Below, in pieces: positions 22,863 to 29,970 of a stretch of 29,970 nucleotides of DNA. The notes beneath the pieces are model-generated. The model was not told where the DNA came from, made no database searches, and worked only from the letters and a program-made list of their open reading frames with translations. The stretch covers positions 1 through 29,970 of the forward strand of contig NW_021836214.1 in assembly GCF_006345805.1 (NCBI RefSeq). The letters run 5' to 3'. This DNA is from Octopus sinensis. Lineage: Eukaryota. How positions within the stretch are numbered: position 1 is the stretch's first letter; every line of letters begins with the position of its first letter. The translations under genes and the position numbers were made by a program.

Positions 22863-23245
22863 ATACATACGTATGTAAAACAAATTGTTCGTACAGAATA
22901 TAGTGAGTATTCAACGAGAGAGTTCCTCGCTGGCTACACCGGAGAATCATCAGTAGAGTTTGGGCCATGTGTTGATCTATCCCCAATTGTGGTACCTTAC
23001 CCTTCCTCATTCGCATCGGCTTGCAAGTAACAATTGCCAGTTGCAGAAGTCAATTGGACTTCCAAGTATAGTCTGGGTGAAGATTTCTGCTACAACATCA
23101 ATTGTACTCCAATAAGCCACTTCACTTCTTCCACAAGTAATTTATCAGTTTTCTGTCTTCAAGAATATACTAGGAATGGCAGTACATTTATTTTGGGACC
23201 AGTAAGAAACAGGATCGATACCATCCTCAGTATAAGTGGATAATA

Positions 23246-23408
23246 GGCGCAGGAGTGGCTGTGTGGTAAGTAGTTTGCTAACCAGCCACATGGTTCCAGG
23301 TTCAGTCCCACTGTGTGGCATCTTGGGCAAGTGTCTTCTACTATAGCCCCGGGCCGACCAATGCCTTGTGGGTGGATTTGGTGGACGGAAACTGAAAGAA
23401 GCCTGTCG

Positions 23409-23443
<35 letters not shown>

Positions 23444-23631
23444 TTGTCCCCTAGCATTGCTTGACAACCGATGCTGGTGTGTTTACGTCCCCGTCACTCA
23501 GCGGTTCGGCAAAAGAGACCGATGAATAAGTACTGGGCTTACAAAGAGTGAGTCCCGGGGTCGATTTGCTCGACTGAAGGCGGTGCTCCAGCATGGCCGT
23601 AGTCAAATGACTGAAACAAGTAAAAGAGTAA
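23246..23631 (+). mobile_element. Full-length SINE family A
   Basis: Complete head 'ggcgcaggagtggctgtgtggtaag', B box, internal microsatellite and tail. Confidence 0.92.
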
Positions 23632-23928
23632 ATAGATTGAAGTCACTTCAGCCTATGATGCTATGTACATGTACCAGTGTACTATGCGTACAGAACTTCC
23701 TGCTGAGCCGCATGTGTAATCCTCCTTTCCACCTACTTTTTTTCTTAATGGCTTCCATCATCAATTACGACTGCGAATTCTAATATGTATCCTTCCAATT
23801 TTTATAATGATAGGGAGAATTTATTGCTGTTTCTAGCGAGTTATGCAAGCATTACATATATACATGAATGCATATATCTAAAAAGAAATTATCACACACA
23901 TACACGCACATAAACACACACAAACACA

Positions 23929-23963
<35 letters not shown>

Positions 23964-24048
23964 CACACACACAAACACATACACAAGTAGATTCACACAT
24001 TATCTACATAAACAGAAAACGAATGCCGTATCACCATTCACCAGGCCT

Positions 24049-24243
24049 GAGAATCGTTAGCACCCTTAGCGGTATTTCGTCTGCCGCTACGTTCTGAGTT
24101 CAAATTCCGGCGAAGTCGACTTTGGTTTTCATCCTTTCGGGGTCGATTAAGTAAGTACCAGTTACGCACTGGGGTCGATGTAATCGACTTAATCCCTTTG
24201 TCTTTCCCCTCTGTGTTTAGCCCCCTGTGGGCAATAAAGAAAT
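24049..24243 (+). mobile_element. SINE family B variant with an AATAAA-containing tail
   Basis: Body as at 5006, but the tail is 'tctgtgtttagccccctgtgggcaataaagaaat'. Confidence 0.85.
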
Positions 24244-24521
24244 GCGGGTATGTATATATCTTTTGGCGAATGTATGGGTGAGCATGTGTGTGTCTTAAGT
24301 GAGGGTGGATGAGTATATACATATAGGCGCATGTACATGGGTGTGCGGGCGCGCATTTGTATGTATGAACATGCGCGCATACGCGATTACTATGAACATT
24401 TTTACTCCCTCCTCTTACTTAGCGGTCATTCTAATAGCTCTTTTGTCTTAATAACAGTCAATTACACAGTAATCTTCCTGTGTTTTAACGGTCATTTTCA
24501 TAGCATTATTTTCGAAGGCCC

Positions 24522-24582
24522 GATAACTGAAGAGATGCCGGCGTGGGTTTCCGCCCCGACATCAGAAAATCTGAGTTTTATC
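24522..24582 (+). ncRNA. Hammerhead-like motif, imperfect
   Basis: GATAA-CTGAAGA-GATG...CATC-a-GAAA-atctgagtt^TTATC; stem I is 5 perfect bp; extra A before GAAA and weak stem III. Confidence 0.4.
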
Positions 24583-24687
24583 ATGGCTACCGAATAATTG
24601 TCACATATTATATTTACAGATAAATTCCTCTATTTACATAATATCGTGGTCTCTTTCTTTCTTTTGTTGTCTTGCTATTTCTATATC

Positions 24688-25019
24688 TGAGAACCCCTTC
24701 AGTCACGACACTGACCACGGGATTGCACCTAGAAAGTTACCCTCCCAGGCACAAGTGCGCGCAAGGTTGTTTATGGAAGACCAGTAGTCGCCCATGCGTA
24801 GCGGCCTCCCCTCTCCACGCCACCAGTGTTATCCAAGGGAAAGGCAAAGGCTGATACAACTTGGCACCAGTGACGTCGCAACTCATTTCTACAGCTGAGT
24901 GAACTGGAGCAATGTGAAATAAAGTGTCTTGCTCAAGAACGCAACACGCAGCCCGGTCCGGGATTCGAGCTCACAACCTCATGATTGTAAGCTCGACGCT
25001 CTAACCACTGAGCCATGCT
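24688..25019 (-). mobile_element. tRNA-derived SINE family C with a CORE-like central domain
   Basis: Minus strand 'gcatggctcagtggttagagc...gagctcgaatccc' (A/B boxes) then 'ttgagcaagacacttt...cactcagctgtagaaatgag'. Confidence 0.85.
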
Positions 25020-25409
25020 CCACTTGTCTCTCTATAGATATATATACACACACACATATTGCATTATTTACTATAAAATTTCATCGAAATATAAATGCGC
25101 GCACTCAGTGGGTGCCTGAGTGACTTGATGACGAGCCAATGTTAATCTTGAATGGTCCACCGTTTAACAACTAGACATTTTCCCTGTAAATAAGAAAGGA
25201 AGTTAGATAAACAAAGAGAAGACTAAATAAAGAGTCTGTGGAAATATATAAAATATTAGGCATTTTTCTTTTTTAATAGGATGATACTAAATATTAAATG
25301 GAAATAGCAATTTCAACGAAAAGCTAATTCAAATAGATGGATTATGATAGGATACCGACAGGTGCATATACATTCATTATTTGTATGTATGTATGTACGG
25401 CTGTGTGTG

Positions 25410-25477
<68 letters not shown>

Positions 25478-25766
25478 ATATCCGTAATAATGAAGGTGAA
25501 ATTAATTAATTTGAATAATTATCAATTACAACCAAGTAGTCTTCGGCATGTAAAACCTCCTTCGAGGAAAATTAAGTATACTAAGCAAAAGGGTTTAGCA
25601 ACGAATTGCCTTACCACATACCGAATTTAAAATCGCAGTCAAAGAGTTATAGCTATTTCTTCTACTAAAAAGGGAGATCTCAGTAAAAACAGCAATTGGA
25701 AGGCAGACACAAACAGGTAAGAGAGAATGAATTGACGGGCATTCTATCATACAATTTTAAGTTTAT

Positions 25767-25864
25767 CTACGGACGTACGTTTCGAAATCAAGTTTTTTAG
25801 GAAAGCATAAGAATTAAATGTAAGTAATTCTATCTCACCAAAACTTCTTTTCTCTTCAGCGTAA
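25767..25864 (-). ncRNA. Type I hammerhead ribozyme, inverted copy
   Basis: TTACG-CTGAAGA-GAAA...TTTC-GAAAC-GTAC-GTC^CGTAG on the minus strand. Confidence 0.8.
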
Positions 25865-26146
25865 ATACTATAATCATAATGGTTATATATTGATTTGAGA
25901 TACTAGAGGCACCAACTCAACTCAGTATCAAGCGAGCTAGAATCCGCAACTATATCTCAGTAGATGACCACAGCATCTTGTTTTGGCTACACGCGGGTGG
26001 GAAGGGGTTGGTGACACAATCTTTTCATTCACACATTGAGTTTGGTGATACTAGTTGCGGATTCTAGCTCGCTCTGATACTGAGTTGAGTTTGGTGCCTT
26101 CTAGTATCTCAAAATTCAATATATAATCATTTATGATTATAGTATT

Positions 26147-26243
26147 CTACGCTGAAGAGAAAAGAAGTTTTGGTGAGATAGAATTATTTAATATTTATTC
26201 TTATGCTTTCCTAAAAACTTGATTTCGAAACGTACGTCCGTAG
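26147..26243 (+). ncRNA. Type I hammerhead ribozyme
   Basis: CTACG-CTGAAGA-GAAA[~60 nt]TTTC-GAAAC-GTAC-GTC^CGTAG; all core nucleotides present; predicted cleavage after 26238. Confidence 0.85.
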
Positions 26244-26739
26244 ATAACTTAAAATGTATGATAGATTGCCGTCAATTCATTCTCTCTTACCTGTTTGTGT
26301 CTTGCCTTCCAGTTGCTGTTTTTACTGAGATCTCCCTTTTTTAGTAGAAGAAATAGCTATAACTCTTTGACTGCTATTTCTAAATTCGGTATGTGGTAGG
26401 GCAATTCGTTGCTAAACCCTTTATTGCTTAGTATTACTTAAATTTTCCTCGAAGGAGGCTTTTACATGCCGAAGACTACTTGGTAATTGATAATTATTCC
26501 AAATTAATTAATTTCATCCCCGTCATTATTACGGATAACCATATTTTATCTCAGTAGATGACCCACAGCATCTTGTTTTGGCTACACGCGGGTGGGAAGG
26601 GGCTGGTGACACAATCTTTTCATTCACACATTGAATTTGGTGATACTAGTTGCGGATTCTAGCTCGCTCTGATACTGAGTTGAGTTGGTGCCTTCTAGTA
26701 TCTCAAAATTCAATATATAATCATTTTGATTATAGTATT

Positions 26740-26837
26740 CTACGCTGAAGAGAAAAGAAGTTTTGGTGAGATAGAATTATTTAATATTTAATTCTTATGC
26801 TTTCCTAAAAACTTGATTTCGAAACGTACGTCCGTAG
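26740..26837 (+). ncRNA. Type I hammerhead ribozyme, second tandem copy
   Basis: Same core; predicted cleavage after 26832. Confidence 0.85.
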
Positions 26838-27020
26838 ATAACTTAAAATTGTATGATAGATTGCCGTCAATTCATTCTCTCTTACCTGTTTGTGTCTGCC
26901 TTCCATTGCTTTTTTTACTGAGATCTCCCTTTTAGTAGAGGAGAAATAGCTTAACTCTCTTTGACTGCTATTTCTAATTCGGTATGTGGTAAGGCAATTC
27001 GTTGCTAAACCCTTTATTTG

Positions 27021-27076
<56 letters not shown>

Positions 27077-27935
27077 TATATATATAATATATATGGATGC
27101 TGTAGTAAAGTAAGGTAAAAATGAAGTCAATTCAGTATTCTTAACAAAGTTAGTTGAACTGGGTTTTACAAGGTGCAGACAGCATCTGGTATAGAACTTA
27201 CTACGTTGGGCAGACTGAATGGAAACATTCTCTCGCACAGAAAAAAACACATACATGTACTTGCAAACACACACACATATGCACTCACAAACAAACACAC
27301 AACACGCACATAGCACACACACATATACACTCACAAACAAATACACACACATGCATATACACACATACATATACAAACACACACACACACACATATATAT
27401 ATATACGCACATACTTATACACACATGCACACACAAATACACCGCGCGATCACATACAAGCACTCCCGCACATAGAATTACGCACGTATACGCTCACTCA
27501 CATGTATGCACGCAACTCATACACATACACGCATACACACACGTACACACACACACACATACACTCACATATCCACACGTTGTCTCTCTGATATAAACAG
27601 AGTGAATTTATAGCATCTTTGTTATCGAAAACAATTGAAACTATTTAGTGCACTGACGACGCTATTAGTCTGAAACTTCTCTACCCACGCCATATGAAAT
27701 AAATTAAATTAGAAAGCTTTCTAAATGATTGTTTGAATTCGTAAACTCTGGTTTTACTTTCGAATATTACACACTAATACACACAAATGCCCATAAAGAC
27801 ACGCATATCAGCCAAAACATCCAAATGCAAAGGAAAACAAAATGAAATACATAAGGAAGAAAAAATCATACATCAATACCCGCTACATGTAGGAAATGGG
27901 TAGGAAAATGGATACACACACATATATATATGTAC

Positions 27936-27985
<50 letters not shown>

Positions 27986-28432
27986 TTGTGTGTGTGTGTG
28001 TGTGTGTGGAAAATATACTAAAGCTTGTGAAAACAGAGCTAGTTGCAGGTATATATAAATACATAGAAACGCTCAAAATAATACGAAAGTTCCCTTAAGA
28101 AAAGAGAAGTTCATATAACTAGGTAAGAAAATTGGAAATAGATATATATATATACAAATAGATATATATACAAATGGAAATAAATATATACAAATAAATA
28201 TATACAAATCTGTACAGAAACATTCGCGAAACACCCAGTTAGAGAGAAAGATATATATGAGAATATATTCAAATATGTTGAAAGAAATACTTACAAACAT
28301 ACAAAAACAACGCAAAATGCATAGAGAATGCATGCAAATGTGTGTGTGTATATATATATATATATATACTCCACCACCTACACCACCAAACGGTATACAC
28401 AGGTGCTTATAATTATCAAGTACTCACCCCGA

Positions 28433-28463
<31 letters not shown>

Positions 28464-28570
28464 CATACACACATATATGTGCATACAGATATGAATAGAT
28501 AAATATATGTATACACACACACATATATAAATGCACACCTACATATACATCCATATAGATAGATATGCAC

Positions 28571-28606
<36 letters not shown>

Positions 28607-28608
28607 GA

Positions 28609-28657
<49 letters not shown>

Positions 28658-29080
28658 CACACAAAATTCATGCAAATGCACATTTACATCGAGCAAGATA
28701 TTTAAATACACAAAATGCATTTAAAGGAAACCAAAAGATATAAAAAATACACAAACTCAAACACAAGGAAATATATACACACTAATATGTACACAGCTAT
28801 ACGCAAACAGATCTCAATGCATAGCAAAATACATGGAAACACATAGAAGGACGCTTATACGCACATGTACACGCAAGCAAATTCAAGCAAACATTTCTTT
28901 AGGAAATGAAAATGTAAATATTTGACTCATTTGAATTTCCTGAGTAAATTTACACACAACGTGAATGTATGTATATTGAAGAAGGTAGAGAAATGAAGAG
29001 TGACGTAGGGAAACAAGAAAATGAAACTGAAGTAGACAAACAAATACGTTTACAAAGAAACACTCACACACAAACATGAC

Positions 29081-29235
29081 TAATCTTTTGCTTTGTCTCA
29101 TTTATTGGACTGCGACCTTCAAGGGTTTAGCGGAACAAATCGATCCGATGTGGTATTTATTCCATAGGTCTATTTTGCCTATCTTTCTGGTTACGGGGAA
29201 ACAAACAAACCAACTTTAGTTGTCAAACAGTGTGT
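29081..29235 (-). mobile_element. SINE family A 3' fragment, diverged
   Basis: 'ggactgcgaccttcaagggtttagcggaacaaatcgat...ttacgggga...gttgtcaa'. Confidence 0.6.
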
Positions 29236-29714
29236 GTATGTGTGTGTGTGTGTAGGTAGGACATATACATATATATATGTTTATATACACTACTAATATA
29301 GGTTTCAGAAAAAATTTCATCAAAACTAGCAGCATATTAAAATACCTTTAAAGGTTAAAATTATAAGCAACTTATAAACAAGGGCAAAAAAAAAATTATT
29401 TCCATGCCAATATGCTGTTAACAGACTTTAAATCGTCAATTTCCACATTTCATTATACAATCGCTATAAATACACGTTCTGCGTGCTGAAATCGAGGAAA
29501 GCTAGCCAACAGAATTTTTTTAAAAGCTCCTTATTTCTATATTGAATCAATTCCGGGATTAATCCTATGGATTTTTCCCTCTTCAGTAGAAAATACGATA
29601 AGAAATAAATTAAATACTTACACGCACCCATGGAAAAAGCACAAGCAAGAGTCATGTGTACACAAAAGATATATCTAAATGTAAAATCCTTTAGCCAGCC
29701 TAAATTCTAATAGT

Positions 29715-29783
29715 GGTCCGGGAATCGAAACCGCGATCCTACGACCGTAAGTCCGCTGCTCTAACCACTGGGCCATTGCGCCT

Positions 29784-29787
<4 letters not shown>
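29715..29787 (-). mobile_element. tRNA-like SINE head, truncated
   Basis: Minus strand ggcgcaatggcccagtggttagagcagcggac...ggtttcgattcccggacc has A and B boxes but no paired acceptor stem; abuts (CA)n. Confidence 0.7.
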
Positions 29788-29862
<75 letters not shown>

Positions 29863-29970
29863 TACTCGTACTAGGTACCCTCGCGAAATTTGACAGTTTT
29901 CATGGGAAGAAAAGATATCAATATTCCATCCCAAATAAAAGTAGTTGAAAAAAGTATATATTCCTACAAA

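Larger units (their letters stand above)
25479..27023. mobile_element. Inverted + tandem array of a 594-bp hammerhead-bearing unit (Penelope pLTR/retrozyme-like)
   Basis: 25479-25952 is the reverse complement of 26052-26537; 25953-26546 is directly repeated from 26547 to 27023 (partial); flanked by (AT)n on both sides. Confidence 0.9.

Noticed and set aside
27650-27685. CTGACGA...GAAAC string
   Set aside because: Stems I and III do not pair and there is no UH site.
29478-29595. Minus-strand CTGAAGA with a gggaaa/tttcct stem
   Set aside because: The GAAA core and stem III are absent; too degenerate to call.
29715-29787. tRNA gene
   Set aside because: A and B boxes are present but the acceptor stem does not pair; it is a SINE head.
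1-29970. CRISPR arrays, prokaryotic operons, rRNA
   Set aside because: No regular repeat-spacer structure or rRNA motifs; the sequence is eukaryotic repeat-rich DNA.

Overview
AT-rich, microsatellite-saturated eukaryotic non-coding DNA, most likely intronic or intergenic. The SINE families match octopus repeats as I recall them (not database-checked), so the source is probably a cephalopod. There is no intact gene. The window contains many tRNA-derived SINEs, a decayed R4/Dong-type reverse transcriptase (7995-9623), three restriction-like-endonuclease (RLE) retrotransposon 3' ends lying in (TAA)n or (TACA)n arrays, a hAT-type MITE, one plausible + strand coding exon (11589-11673) and a candidate 3-nt microexon. 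The main result is about a dozen minimal type I hammerhead ribozyme (HHR) motifs, intact to degenerate, from several families. Most have a palindromic stem III and several have an unusually long stem II. The best case is 25479-27023: a 594-bp HHR-bearing unit in tandem, preceded by an inverted copy. It resembles a Penelope pLTR/retrozyme and predicts a 594-nt self-excised, possibly circular RNA plus a ~475-bp dsRNA hairpin. Almost all ORFs in the supplied track are microsatellite artefacts. All alignments and folds were done by eye.
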